A DNA stretch of 64,000 nt from assembly GCA_023551395.1 (NCBI GenBank), contig GCA_023551395.1_3945.1. One strand, 5' to 3'. This DNA comes from a phage. Below the pieces are notes generated by a model, which did not search any database, was not told where the DNA came from, and saw nothing but the letters and a program-made list of their open reading frames with translations. Positions within the stretch are counted from its first letter, which is position 1. Each line of letters opens with the position of its first letter. Shown here one piece after another: positions 50,975-60,376 of this stretch. Made by a program: the position numbers and the translations under genes.

Positions 50975-51238
50975 ATGGAAAACGTAGAATTAACCACACT
51001 TTTACAAATTGCAACCGACAAAGAAGATGTAGCATTATTTCACCGTATCGAAAGTGATTTGTTCAATGGTGAAATCATCAAAGAATCTTACGAAGTTGTT
51101 GGATTCAAAGATGGTAAAGCGTTTGGCTTTTTTGACCTCGATAAAGGCAACGCTGTTACAAAGTATGATGTTGTATCTTGTGAGATTCTTACAAAATACA
51201 ACGAAAAAAGGCTTGCAACATACGCCAATATGCAGTAA
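50975..51238 (+). CDS. hypothetical small protein (cluster gene 13)
   Basis: 87 aa; TTGACG-17 nt-TAAATT promoter and type A leader. Confidence 0.5.
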   Translation: MENVELTTLLQIATDKEDVALFHRIESDLFNGEIIKESYEVVGFKDGKAFGFFDLDKGNAVTKYDVVSCEILTKYNEKRLATYANMQ

Positions 51239-51304
51239 ATTACTAATCAACGGGAGGCGATAACCTCCCCACTAAATAAAACCCTTAAACTAGGAGATTC
51301 AAAA

Positions 51305-51553
51305 ATGGCAACTATCCGCGCTACTGTTAACGAGTTCGGTTTTTCCTCTCTGGATGTTAAATTTGACATTACAGGCACTGATAACGCCTTTGAAATGGTG
51401 AAAGGTCTTATCAGTCAGACCATCAAAGATTATAATCCTTCGGATGAGTTCTGGGAGGAAACAAAACAAGAAGTTATCAAGGATGGTTATACTTATCACT
51501 ATTGGGGAGAAAAAATCGTCTCCCTGTACTACAACAAACAAGATTATAACTAA
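51305..51553 (+). CDS. hypothetical small protein (cluster gene 14)
   Basis: 82 aa; type A leader with variant hairpin GGGAGG-CGATAA-CCTCCC. Confidence 0.5.
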   Translation: MATIRATVNEFGFSSLDVKFDITGTDNAFEMVKGLISQTIKDYNPSDEFWEETKQEVIKDGYTYHYWGEKIVSLYYNKQDYN

Positions 51554-51589
51554 TCGACGCAGCGGGGCTAAATAGCCCCAGATACCTGA

Positions 51590-51616
51590 AAAGCTCCTTC
51601 TCATAGGGGCTTTTTT
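51590..51616 (+). terminator. Rho-independent terminator ending the small-gene cluster
   Basis: Hairpin followed by TTTTTT at 51607-51616. Confidence 0.45.
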
Positions 51617-51619
51617 ACG

Positions 51620-53180
51620 TCTATTGAATCATTATACAATCCCTTTCCCTCACCTTTCCAGAATCTTATCAGACCTTAAAAGCAATAACTCTATAGTCTA
51701 CTCTATAACCTTTTATCAAATCAACTTAAATAAAAGCCAATAACCCCAGAAAGGGGATGGCCCATTTAAACGCTCTATAAAGCTCTATAACAGCCTTATC
51801 AACCTAACTTAAGGGATTGCATTAACCAACCTTAAAAAGCTCTTTACAGGGCTTTATAGAGGCTTAAAAGAATCTTATAAGGTTATAAGCTTTATTATCT
51901 CGTTAGCTATCTTGTGAACTACTAAAAAGGGCTTGTTATTGTCTTAAAAGTATGTTATATGGGCTTTAAAGTTACTTTGAAGTAGCTTAAAAGTTACGTA
52001 AATGCTAGCCCCCTTAACATTTTCTTAACAATTTCTTAACAAACCCTACATAGTTATGCTTTTAAGGCACTTGTTAGCAACTTGTTAGTCCCTTGTTAAA
52101 TCTCTGTTAAGACCACGTAAAAGCCTTGTAAGAGTCTTTGACATAGCCTTTAAAGCCCCTGTAAAGCCCTATAAAGAGGTATCTGTACAGTTGGGGGGTA
52201 GATACTAGGAAGAGACTTAAAAGAGCTTACAAGGAGCTATAGAGAGCTTTTAAGAGGTATGTTTAAAGAATCACTAAGAAAGGAAAGGGAACGATAAGAA
52301 AAGAGATAGTGACCATGTTAATAGCTTGTTAAAAAGATTAAACACTTGTTAGAGACTTGTTAATTATCTTAACAAAATAACTCTTAAAAATTAACTTGTT
52401 AGCTCTTGTTAGCCATCTGTTAAGACTCTGTAAAGCCTATGTATCAACTGTTAAGAAACTGTTACGCTCTTGTTAGTTCTGTTGAGAATCTGTTAAGACC
52501 TTTGAAGAGATGTTAAGGAGATGTGAGAACTGTTAAGAGATTGTTAAGGATATTTTAAAATTTTGCAAAGTACTTGTAAGGGAGCTGTTAAGGGCTACCA
52601 AGCAGATATACATCTTCTACAGATATTTTTCAGTTCCTTCAAAGACCCTAAAAAATGACTTGATAGTCCTATTTTATAAAAATTTTAAAAATCTGAATAA
52701 TTACCTATACAGTCTTTCTAAAATACAGGTAATAACAGGCTTATAAGATACCTTGTTAGTACCGTGTTAGACCTTGTGAGATAAGGTCTGTAAAGATATT
52801 CCTGTTAAGTTTGTTAAAACAGTCTATATAGAGGCTTAGTAATACCTAGTGAACACCTATAGAGAGTGTCATAGCTAACCTAGAGATTAAGAGGTGTATA
52901 GGAGCTTCTAAGAGGGTATAGAAAGATGGTTAAGGTGATTGTATAGGTTGTTAAGAAGGCTTGTTAGAGGGCTTGTTAGAAGGGTTATACAGAGGGCTAT
53001 TAAGACCACTAGATAGATACTAAGATACTATATAGTACTATATAACTATATATAGAGAGTAAGCTTAAGAAGGTTGTTAAGAAGGGTAGATATTTTGTTC
53101 ACATATGATGGTGACCCAGAGGTTGGGACAACCGATAAAAATTTTATAAAAATTAAAAAGCCCCCAATTAAGGAGGCTCT
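51620..53180. repeat. 1.5 kb ORF-free region with dense short direct repeats
   Basis: More than 25 copies of (C)TTGTTAG / CTGTTAAGA / TGTTAAG at 9-12 bp spacing (densest 52040-52120, 52320-52560, 52740-52800, 52920-52990), plus repeated CTATAAAG/CTTTATAGA motifs; lies between convergent gene blocks. Confidence 0.7.
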
Positions 53181-53189
53181 TAAGATATT

Positions 53190-53813
53190 TTAAATCAGTG
53201 TTTCCAGAACTGTTTTTAATGATGACTTGGTTGTCTGATAAAAATGAGTAAAGCCATTGTTGTTATCAAATACCTGCATCATGATATCATCTCCCTTGAT
53301 TGGGTACACTCGGATATCATAGTGAAAACCATTAAAGACACAAGAGCCATTACAGAATGCACTAAAGTCATCAACTGAGATATACTCTTCATGTCCTGTG
53401 ATTTTTATACAAACACCTTTACTCGGTCTCTTAGGGTTGATATCTTCCATCACAGACATACTCTGTCCACCAAGAGATACCATAGTGACCACTTTACGGT
53501 TCTTCTGTCTAAAGTACATTTTAACTTTCTGCAAAGTGTCTTCATAGAACGGATAAGACCTTTCTACAAAGATTCCTTCAAGTGGCTCTTTACCATTTTC
53601 AACTTCTCTGTTATGCCGTACTGCAAAGATAATTTGTTCGAACCAGTCAAGATTTTCTTCGGAGAGTGCTTCCCGAACATCCTTCCAGTCAAGTACTAAG
53701 TAGTTACCTTCAACTTCTTTTAAGTTATCTTTTTCCATATCTATCACACCATTATCGTAAAACTTGATATTCTGGTACTGCGAATTTATTACTATTGTTC
53801 TTGATGAGGTCAT
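53190..53813 (-). CDS. hypothetical protein
   Basis: 207 aa; start may be the internal Met near 53738. Confidence 0.45.
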   Translation of the reverse strand: MTSSRTIVINSQYQNIKFYDNGVIDMEKDNLKEVEGNYLVLDWKDVREALSEENLDWFEQIIFAVRHNREVENGKEPLEGIFVERSYPFYEDTLQKVKMYFRQKNRKVVTMVSLGGQSMSVMEDINPKRPSKGVCIKITGHEEYISVDDFSAFCNGSCVFNGFHYDIRVYPIKGDDIMMQVFDNNNGFTHFYQTTKSSLKTVLETLI

Positions 53814-54216
53814 CCTCTGAAACTAAAAATGTAATACCACATAAGTGTCTGTAACGACTATCATACTCGAATATCTTAAACAGATATTTACCATCATGAT
53901 AAACCTGTTGCACTTCACCTTCTGCAACAATCTCACCTGTAATAAAATTTTTTAGTTTATACACATTACCAACTTTAGGTACTGTTTTCATCTCAGGCTC
54001 TTTTAGTGCTACACCTATTTTTGCATCACCGAGTAAATGAGAACTCTCAAAAGCTACGTGTTTCATATAGGCTTCTGAGCATTCCCAAATAAAACAATGT
54101 ACAAGAACCTTAGCAGCATGTCTTGAGCAGTTCAACTTATCACAAATTTCTGTGTACATCTCATCTTTAGTAGAATTGTCAAGCATTGCTCTTTGCACTA
54201 CTTCTTTAATTTTCAT
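53752..54216 (-). CDS. hypothetical protein
   Basis: 154 aa ORF. Confidence 0.45.
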   Translation of the reverse strand: MKIKEVVQRAMLDNSTKDEMYTEICDKLNCSRHAAKVLVHCFIWECSEAYMKHVAFESSHLLGDAKIGVALKEPEMKTVPKVGNVYKLKNFITGEIVAEGEVQQVYHDGKYLFKIFEYDSRYRHLCGITFLVSEDDLIKNNSNKFAVPEYQVLR

Positions 54217-54628
54217 AAGCTCTCCGAATAACCCTATTAAGCATCTCTAAAGTCAGCTTTCCAGATTCTAAATGCGGCATAACAAGCTTTAAAGCTTTTT
54301 CAACATCATGCACAATATCAATTATACCTTCTTCATAGGCTTCTACGAGGATATCTTTTACACAGATATAGCCTTCATTGATAAGGATTTGCATATCAAA
54401 ATCTTTTGATTGCTTGTTTAACTTACCTCTCCAATACCCATCAGCATTAAAAGATATCACTTCACACTCTTTAAAATCCATATCATCTGCATTGAATGGA
54501 GTAATTATTGTGCATTGGATTGGGTACTCTACACCAGTGGTGTCAACATCAAAAACCTTCACAGAAGTGAGTGGTTTCTTTGTTTTAGAGCAGTAAACTG
54601 TCAATCTTTTACCAATAAGCTCTTTCAT
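54206..54628 (-). CDS. hypothetical protein
   Basis: 140 aa ORF. Confidence 0.45.
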   Translation of the reverse strand: MKELIGKRLTVYCSKTKKPLTSVKVFDVDTTGVEYPIQCTIITPFNADDMDFKECEVISFNADGYWRGKLNKQSKDFDMQILINEGYICVKDILVEAYEEGIIDIVHDVEKALKLVMPHLESGKLTLEMLNRVIRRAYEN

Positions 54629-54680
54629 TTCGCTACCTTCTAAGTTTCTACAAAGGGGCTATCAAGTAACCCCTAAGTTA

Positions 54681-54905
54681 TTACTCAGACTTTTCAGTCT
54701 TCTTATCGGATTTCTTACTAGTCTTCTTCTCAGCTTTCTGTTCAGGTTCCTTCTCAGAAGTTGCCTTGATAACCATATCAAGAAGCTCTGATAAGTCACT
54801 CTTCAGCAAAGTAACAGGCTGCTCATTGTAGAAGTTTTTGTCAAGATAAACTTTAAACTCTTCTATAGAAGGAAATCCAAAAATTGGTACAGGTGTCTTA
54901 ATCAT
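54681..54905 (-). CDS. small protein with Lys-rich C-terminal tail
   Basis: 74 aa ORF. Confidence 0.4.
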   Translation of the reverse strand: MIKTPVPIFGFPSIEEFKVYLDKNFYNEQPVTLLKSDLSELLDMVIKATSEKEPEQKAEKKTSKKSDKKTEKSE

Positions 54906-54981
54906 TACTTAGTCTCTCCATAGGCATCTTTTAAGATTGCCTTGTTAATCATTTCAGCGATTGCAAAACGAACACATACAG

Positions 54982-55515
54982 CTATAATTGTAGGTTGCAT
55001 TCTTTACTTACCTCTTCAAGTTTAACCTCAGAATCCTTAAGTCGTTTCTTATGAACTCTGAACCTCATTAGTGAGATGATGATACCAGCTAAAGGAACAA
55101 CATACAAGTACCAGACATCATGCAACTTTGCAGTAATCTGTGTAATGGTCAAGTCTTGAGCTATGTAGCTGATTGCTGATACAGCTAGTAATGTTGCTAA
55201 GAAGAAAACCAGTATCATAACAATATTCAGACAACCTCTGGCATGGTATTCATGCTTAATGCACTTATTCTTCTCTTCAACAACCCTGTTGTAGTCATTT
55301 GTAAAGTCTCTGTAGAAAGCTTTTAAGTATTCTTGAGTGTAGCCTTCAAAGCAACCTGTACCGTACCAATAATCACCACCAAAATGTGCTATGATACCAG
55401 TATCCCCATTTGGTTTGGTTACTCTTAGTGAAGTATGATGACCAGTCTTCTGATAATCTATCTTGTATCTTTCTTCGTAAATCATTTCCCAACCCCTCTC
55501 AATCGTTTGTTCCAC
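54982..55515 (-). CDS. membrane protein
   Basis: 177 aa; two hydrophobic helices in the C-terminal half. Confidence 0.45.
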   Translation of the reverse strand: MEQTIERGWEMIYEERYKIDYQKTGHHTSLRVTKPNGDTGIIAHFGGDYWYGTGCFEGYTQEYLKAFYRDFTNDYNRVVEEKNKCIKHEYHARGCLNIVMILVFFLATLLAVSAISYIAQDLTITQITAKLHDVWYLYVVPLAGIIISLMRFRVHKKRLKDSEVKLEEVSKECNLQL

Positions 55516-55700
55516 TCAAGGTCAACAAGTCTTTGCAGGACTTTCCCTCTAGGTGTTACACCTTTTAAATCTGCATCGTAGCAACGGTAAAAGTCACCTT
55601 CAGCGTGTTTACCGTAGCATTTTCTGATATTCTGGCTCCTACGATACTGCTCTAACAGGGACAGTTTGTAGTAGTCTTCAACTGTAGTTAGTTTTTTCAT
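55482..55700 (-). CDS. hypothetical small protein
   Basis: 72 aa ORF. Confidence 0.4.
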   Translation of the reverse strand: MKKLTTVEDYYKLSLLEQYRRSQNIRKCYGKHAEGDFYRCYDADLKGVTPRGKVLQRLVDLEWNKRLRGVGK

Positions 55701-56242
55701 TCTTTCACCATAGCGTTTCTGAACTGGCGTTGTGTTTCTCTTGTAATTTCGTTTGGAGTAAACCCTGCTTTTAGCATATCTCTGAAAAGAACTTCTAAAT
55801 GGTTCCTCTCAATGATGTAAATAGCATTCTGAATAGCTGTTTTGCGCTCCTTCAGGTCACTACTAATCTCTTCGCACTTACTGGTAAGTTCTGTATCAAC
55901 TTTCTTATAGACTGGCATAACATGTGCGTAGCAACCTTTATTAGTCTCCATGAAAAATTTAAAAGATTCTTCAGAGTCCTTTAGAGCAATCCCTATAAAG
56001 TTTTTGTAAGCACCTGTGAAAGATAAGGAATCAATCTCAGCAGTTGAGTATACAGTCCCTGCACACAGTCTTGCAGAAGTACTGAATGTGTGATTTGGTG
56101 TTGTGTCAAAGTCTAAATTCTTCAGTGGTCGGAAATAAACTGTACCATTGTGTGAGATGTGTGTTACAACAGCCTCAACACTCTTTGAAGGGTTCTGTTT
56201 AACATACAAAATAATTTTATCGTGCTCTTTCACTTTAGCCAT
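55697..56242 (-). CDS. hypothetical protein
   Basis: 181 aa ORF. Confidence 0.45.
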   Translation of the reverse strand: MAKVKEHDKIILYVKQNPSKSVEAVVTHISHNGTVYFRPLKNLDFDTTPNHTFSTSARLCAGTVYSTAEIDSLSFTGAYKNFIGIALKDSEESFKFFMETNKGCYAHVMPVYKKVDTELTSKCEEISSDLKERKTAIQNAIYIIERNHLEVLFRDMLKAGFTPNEITRETQRQFRNAMVKE

Positions 56243-56314
56243 AACTATTCTCCAGAAACTAAAAAGGGAACTACCTCTCGATAGCTCCCATCATAGTCAA
56301 TATTGTATACTCGG

Positions 56315-56896
56315 TCAAGAGTATTTTTTAGGCAGTAATGCACTGCGCTTGTTACTCTCTTCACTCAATAGTGCAATGAAATCATCACTTTTACCTTTCC
56401 ACGGGCTGAATGAAGGGATATGCTCACGAATGGCTTCAATCACCGTTTTCAGTGCTGTATTTTTCATCCACCAATCAGAATCTGCTGATGCTACCACGTA
56501 GTATCCACCGTCATCAGTTAAAATTGGCTCTGAAATACATGGTGAAATCAAAGTGGTGATGATTGAACCGTTGTTCATGTAGTATGTGCGCTTCATAACC
56601 TTTTCAAGAAGCTTGTGAAGGTCACCAAACAGTGTTACAAGCTCTTTGTGGTCAATGTCTTTTTCGAGATTTGCACGATACTTCAACAAAGCTGCATCAA
56701 CTTCTCTATCATTGAACTTGAAGTATTGAACTTCTTCAACAAGGCAAACACTAATGTTGTTAACATTCATAGTCAACTTACAAACTTTTACAGGAGAGTT
56801 GATGTTTGGTTGAAAAAGTGCAATACACCCTTCAATATTTCCAAAATGTTGTACCAATGTTACTTGTGGAGTGATATTCTGTTGCTCTTCGGACAT
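56315..56896 (-). CDS. hypothetical protein
   Basis: 193 aa ORF. Confidence 0.45.
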   Translation of the reverse strand: MSEEQQNITPQVTLVQHFGNIEGCIALFQPNINSPVKVCKLTMNVNNISVCLVEEVQYFKFNDREVDAALLKYRANLEKDIDHKELVTLFGDLHKLLEKVMKRTYYMNNGSIITTLISPCISEPILTDDGGYYVVASADSDWWMKNTALKTVIEAIREHIPSFSPWKGKSDDFIALLSEESNKRSALLPKKYS

Positions 56897-57240
56897 TACA
56901 GTTTCCTCATTAAATACTTTTTAAGTTGTGTGTTAGGTTTCTCAAAAACTTCTATAGAAGATATCTTGACAGATTCACCACGCATACCAGTATGTTTGAA
57001 TATATAGTACTCTAACATCCCTATGTACTTTGCTGGCAAGTCATACTTGACATACACCGTTACAGAATCTTCAAATTCAACAACCTTCGTACCATCTTTG
57101 TAGTTAAACTCTTTAGGATGGTTGTAGTTGTCTATGTCATACATTAAAAAGAGTCTTTTACGTTGTAAATCAAGCTTATTTGTTAAAGACTCTTTGATAT
57201 CTGAGAAGTTTTTGTACACTGTGACATGGAGCTTACTCAT
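56896..57240 (-). CDS. hypothetical protein
   Basis: 114 aa ORF. Confidence 0.45.
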   Translation of the reverse strand: MSKLHVTVYKNFSDIKESLTNKLDLQRKRLFLMYDIDNYNHPKEFNYKDGTKVVEFEDSVTVYVKYDLPAKYIGMLEYYIFKHTGMRGESVKISSIEVFEKPNTQLKKYLMRKL

Positions 57241-57526
57241 CGTTAAACTCTCTGACGAAGAAATAGTTGACTTTGTTATTACCTACCATAAGGTCAAAGC
57301 AGGTATTTTCAAAAGGTTTGTTGCAGGCATCATATGAAGTGTATGTATCAGCTACTTGCTTAGTAGTGAGCTTTTTACTTGATGGATTTAAGAGGCCACC
57401 ATACAGTTTCTTGATAGCCTCTTCTACAACAGACCAGATGATTTCGTCAGTAATCTCTTCGTACAGGTCAAGTTCACGCTCTAGTGAGAAGTCACAAATA
57501 GGGAAAATAACCTGCACTTTACTCAT
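57233..57526 (-). CDS. hypothetical protein
   Basis: 97 aa ORF. Confidence 0.45.
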   Translation of the reverse strand: MSKVQVIFPICDFSLERELDLYEEITDEIIWSVVEEAIKKLYGGLLNPSSKKLTTKQVADTYTSYDACNKPFENTCFDLMVGNNKVNYFFVREFNDE

Positions 57527-57921
57527 TAACGAATCACCTGTGAGACTTGAATTGCTTCAGTTACTGACAAGTCACCTACTTTCTCTTCTTTGATAAAAGT
57601 GAAGGTGAGTTCAACAGGTTCTTCTTCTTGCTCAACTGGAACACCATTAAGCTCATCAAAGATTGATTGGGTTGTCCAGTCTTCACCACCATCTGGGTAG
57701 TGGATTGCGTAAAGAGGGAACTCTATATCAAACCAACCAAATACAGGACAACCATCTTCATCATCTCGTACTCGATGAAGTGTGCTTCCAGACCCTGTAA
57801 ACTGAAGGAATAAATCTCCGTTGCACTTGTATATTACTGCATCGGCAAAACCTATATCTTCTCGACCATCATGACCAAACGTGTCAACTTTTACTTGGAT
57901 ATCTCTAACATCTTTATTCAT
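57526..57921 (-). CDS. hypothetical acidic protein
   Basis: 131 aa ORF. Confidence 0.45.
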   Translation of the reverse strand: MNKDVRDIQVKVDTFGHDGREDIGFADAVIYKCNGDLFLQFTGSGSTLHRVRDDEDGCPVFGWFDIEFPLYAIHYPDGGEDWTTQSIFDELNGVPVEQEEEPVELTFTFIKEEKVGDLSVTEAIQVSQVIR

Positions 57922-58312
57922 AAAAACCTCTCTCTGCTTGTTCGATTTTTGCTCTTAAAGTTTCGCAATGATGTAGGTGGTAGTTAGCTTCTTGTTCATG
58001 TGTTGCTAACTGCCTTTCCAGAACAGTTTTATAGTAACCTGCAAGTTGCTCTTTTGTCAATGGGTGCTCTGAAATAATATCAAGTCCACTTTCGCCAAGA
58101 GGGTTGAATTGTCCATACTCATTGACATTGTAAGTCTCAAACTTGAATAGACCATTGTTCACAGACTCAATAGGTGACAGTTCAACAAGCTCTACAGTAA
58201 ACCGTGTATACACCTTGTCACCTCTTGAAACTACATTGTTTCCAACAATGCGTACAAGCGAGCCATTACGAGTGTACTTAAAAGTCCCAAAGTCACTAGC
58301 CCAAAGTTTCAT
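57914..58312 (-). CDS. hypothetical protein
   Basis: 132 aa ORF. Confidence 0.45.
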   Translation of the reverse strand: MKLWASDFGTFKYTRNGSLVRIVGNNVVSRGDKVYTRFTVELVELSPIESVNNGLFKFETYNVNEYGQFNPLGESGLDIISEHPLTKEQLAGYYKTVLERQLATHEQEANYHLHHCETLRAKIEQAERGFYE

Positions 58313-58330
58313 AGTTTTCTCCTTAGAAAA

Positions 58331-58352
58331 TAAAAAAGGCTCCCGAAGGAGC
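58331..58352 (-). terminator. Rho-independent terminator (minus strand)
   Basis: Reverse complement reads GGCTCC-TTCG-GGAGCC followed by TTTTTT, downstream of the lysozyme gene. Confidence 0.55.
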
Positions 58353-58363
58353 CTATGAAGATA

Positions 58364-58828
58364 TTACTTTGGGTATACACTGTCAAGATAAATGTCAGCT
58401 TCCATTCTACGTCTGTTTTTCAGGCCGTTTGAAGTGACCTTCTGACCTTTGACTGTAACCTTGTTCCACCACTGCATAGCTTCTGCACAACCTACCTTAT
58501 TACCAGCGTTGTGGCGCTTGATAAATGTAGAGTCCTGCATAGCTGTGATACCAATGTTGTATGTTTCACTTACAAGTGCATCAAACTCGTTCTGAGAAGT
58601 TGGAACCTTGATGGCTTTGTTCACTGCTGCAACGAATTTCTCAACATCTGCAAGAAGATACTGTTCAGCTTGTTCAGCAGTAATCTTCATACCCATCTTA
58701 ACAGGCTTCCCACCAATACGAATTGTCCCATACCCAATTGTGGGGATTCCAGCAGAATCTTCGTAAGCCTCAAGCTTAAGACCTTCAAAGAACTTAATAG
58801 CTTCTAAACCTTTTCTTGAGAGTTGCAT
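58364..58828 (-). CDS. T4-type lysozyme (endolysin)
   Basis: N-terminal FEGLKLEAYEDSAGIPTIGYG matches the T4 lysozyme catalytic region (Glu, Asp, TIGxG). Confidence 0.8.
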   Translation of the reverse strand: MQLSRKGLEAIKFFEGLKLEAYEDSAGIPTIGYGTIRIGGKPVKMGMKITAEQAEQYLLADVEKFVAAVNKAIKVPTSQNEFDALVSETYNIGITAMQDSTFIKRHNAGNKVGCAEAMQWWNKVTVKGQKVTSNGLKNRRRMEADIYLDSVYPK

Positions 58829-59961
58829 TATGCCTCCCCTGCTGGGTTAACTGTAACTGTTGCTGCATTAGATGTTACAGAGCCACCTGCACCAGTAACT
58901 ACACAAGTGTAGCTTCCTGCATCAGCAGTGGTTGCACCTTCTTTGGTGTAAGTTGCAGCAGTTGCATCGAGGATGTCTTCCTCACCTTTCTTCCACTGGT
59001 AACCTGTTGCACCTGTTGCCACAACATTCAGTGTTAAAGTCTCACCTTCAGTGATTTCTTGATTGGTTGGCTGTTGAGTGATTACCGGAAGTGCGTTAAC
59101 AATAATCGTTGCAGGGCTAGAAGTGACAGAACCACCTGCACCTGTTACAACGCAAGCGTATGAACCTGCATCTGCTGGCAGAGCACCAGACTTGCTATAG
59201 GTAGCATTTGTCGCTGAAGGAATGTCAGAGCCATCTTTCTTCCATTGGTAACCGGTTGCACCAGTTGCAGTAACTGCTAAGTTGATGTTTCCACCTTCAT
59301 TAATAGTCTGGTTAGAAGGTTGCTTGGTAATCACAGGTAGTGCGTTCACAGTCACTGTTGCTGCATCTGAGGTAACACTTGTTCCACCCTCTCCAGATAC
59401 AACACAAGTGTATGAACCAGCGTCAGAAGGTGCTACTGACTGTTTTGTGTAAGTTGCAGAATTGGCACTAGGGATATCCTCACCATCCTTCTTCCACTGA
59501 TATCCAGTGGCGTTAGTTGCTAGAATGCTTAGAGTAAGTGTGCCACCCTCATTGACTGTTTGACCTGTTGGTTGCTGAGTAATTGCTGGTGGCTTAATAG
59601 CATCCTTCAACTTAGCATTCAACATTGAGAACGGCTTAACTCTTGCCAACCATTCACAATACACTGTGTCAATGTCTTTACCATTGATGATTGCATACTG
59701 TAAATCCATGAAGAAATCAGCAGTCCTCATCTGTGCACCAACACTGTAAAGGAGTTCATCACTAAAAGGAACTTTGTAGTCTGGTTTGTAGTCAAACTTC
59801 GCAACCTCTGCAATATCAGCTTCAGGCCAATATGAGCTATAGGTTAGCGGTAAAATAGCTTCTTGATATGTTCTAAAATCATATCTCTTACCAGCCTTTA
59901 CATTTGCAACGAAACCTTTTACAAATTCTTTGAAGTCTGGGTAAGTCTTTGCTTTAATCAT
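58828..59961 (-). CDS. protein with three tandem Ig-like repeats
   Basis: Three ~95 aa repeats each with TGYQWKK(D/G)xxDIxxAxxATY(T/S)K...ADAGSY(T/A)CVV(T/S)G; N-terminal domain is paralogous to 59958..60329. Confidence 0.6.
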   Translation of the reverse strand: MIKAKTYPDFKEFVKGFVANVKAGKRYDFRTYQEAILPLTYSSYWPEADIAEVAKFDYKPDYKVPFSDELLYSVGAQMRTADFFMDLQYAIINGKDIDTVYCEWLARVKPFSMLNAKLKDAIKPPAITQQPTGQTVNEGGTLTLSILATNATGYQWKKDGEDIPSANSATYTKQSVAPSDAGSYTCVVSGEGGTSVTSDAATVTVNALPVITKQPSNQTINEGGNINLAVTATGATGYQWKKDGSDIPSATNATYSKSGALPADAGSYACVVTGAGGSVTSSPATIIVNALPVITQQPTNQEITEGETLTLNVVATGATGYQWKKGEEDILDATAATYTKEGATTADAGSYTCVVTGAGGSVTSNAATVTVNPAGEA

Positions 59962-60329
59962 TTCTTTTTAGCCTCTAAACGTGCGTTTAATCTAAAATAG
60001 CCTTTATGTTGTGGAGACACATCACTAACAACAATACCTTCAACTTTATAGCCCTTACCAATTACATACTGGATATCCATAAGAAACGTACCAAGCCCAA
60101 CAATGTGGAACATTGGGTATAGTAACTTATCTGAATCTGGGAGTTTAATTTCTGGTTTATAGGTAGGTTGTTCGGCAGTTGGTGTAATATCTTCTTCAGG
60201 CCATTTGCTAAGTCTCCATGTTAAAGGTGATGCAATAACATCGTTAAGATTATATCTCTCACCTTTCTCCACGGAATTAATATAGGATTGTAGGAAGCAA
60301 TAAAAGTCTTTTGCACTCTTAGCCTTCAT
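59958..60329 (-). CDS. hypothetical protein, paralog of the N-terminal domain of the Ig-repeat protein
   Basis: Shared motifs (KxxxDFxxFxxxxxxxVxxGxRYxxxxxxxxxLxxxxSxWPExDI ... LLY ... FxMDxQYxIxxG). Confidence 0.5.
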   Translation of the reverse strand: MKAKSAKDFYCFLQSYINSVEKGERYNLNDVIASPLTWRLSKWPEEDITPTAEQPTYKPEIKLPDSDKLLYPMFHIVGLGTFLMDIQYVIGKGYKVEGIVVSDVSPQHKGYFRLNARLEAKKK

Positions 60330-60376
60330 TAAATATCCTTATAAATAGATAAAGGGGCATTAGCCCCTGTTTATAC

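Noticed and set aside
51299-51604. Minus-strand ORF 51299..51604
   Set aside because: Antisense to plus-strand gene 51305..51553, which has the conserved leader and RBS; the antisense ORF has neither.
51620-53180. CRISPR array as explanation for the repeat-dense region
   Set aside because: Repeats are only 7-9 bp, irregularly spaced and degenerate, with no uniform 25-40 bp repeat/spacer periodicity and no cas genes nearby.
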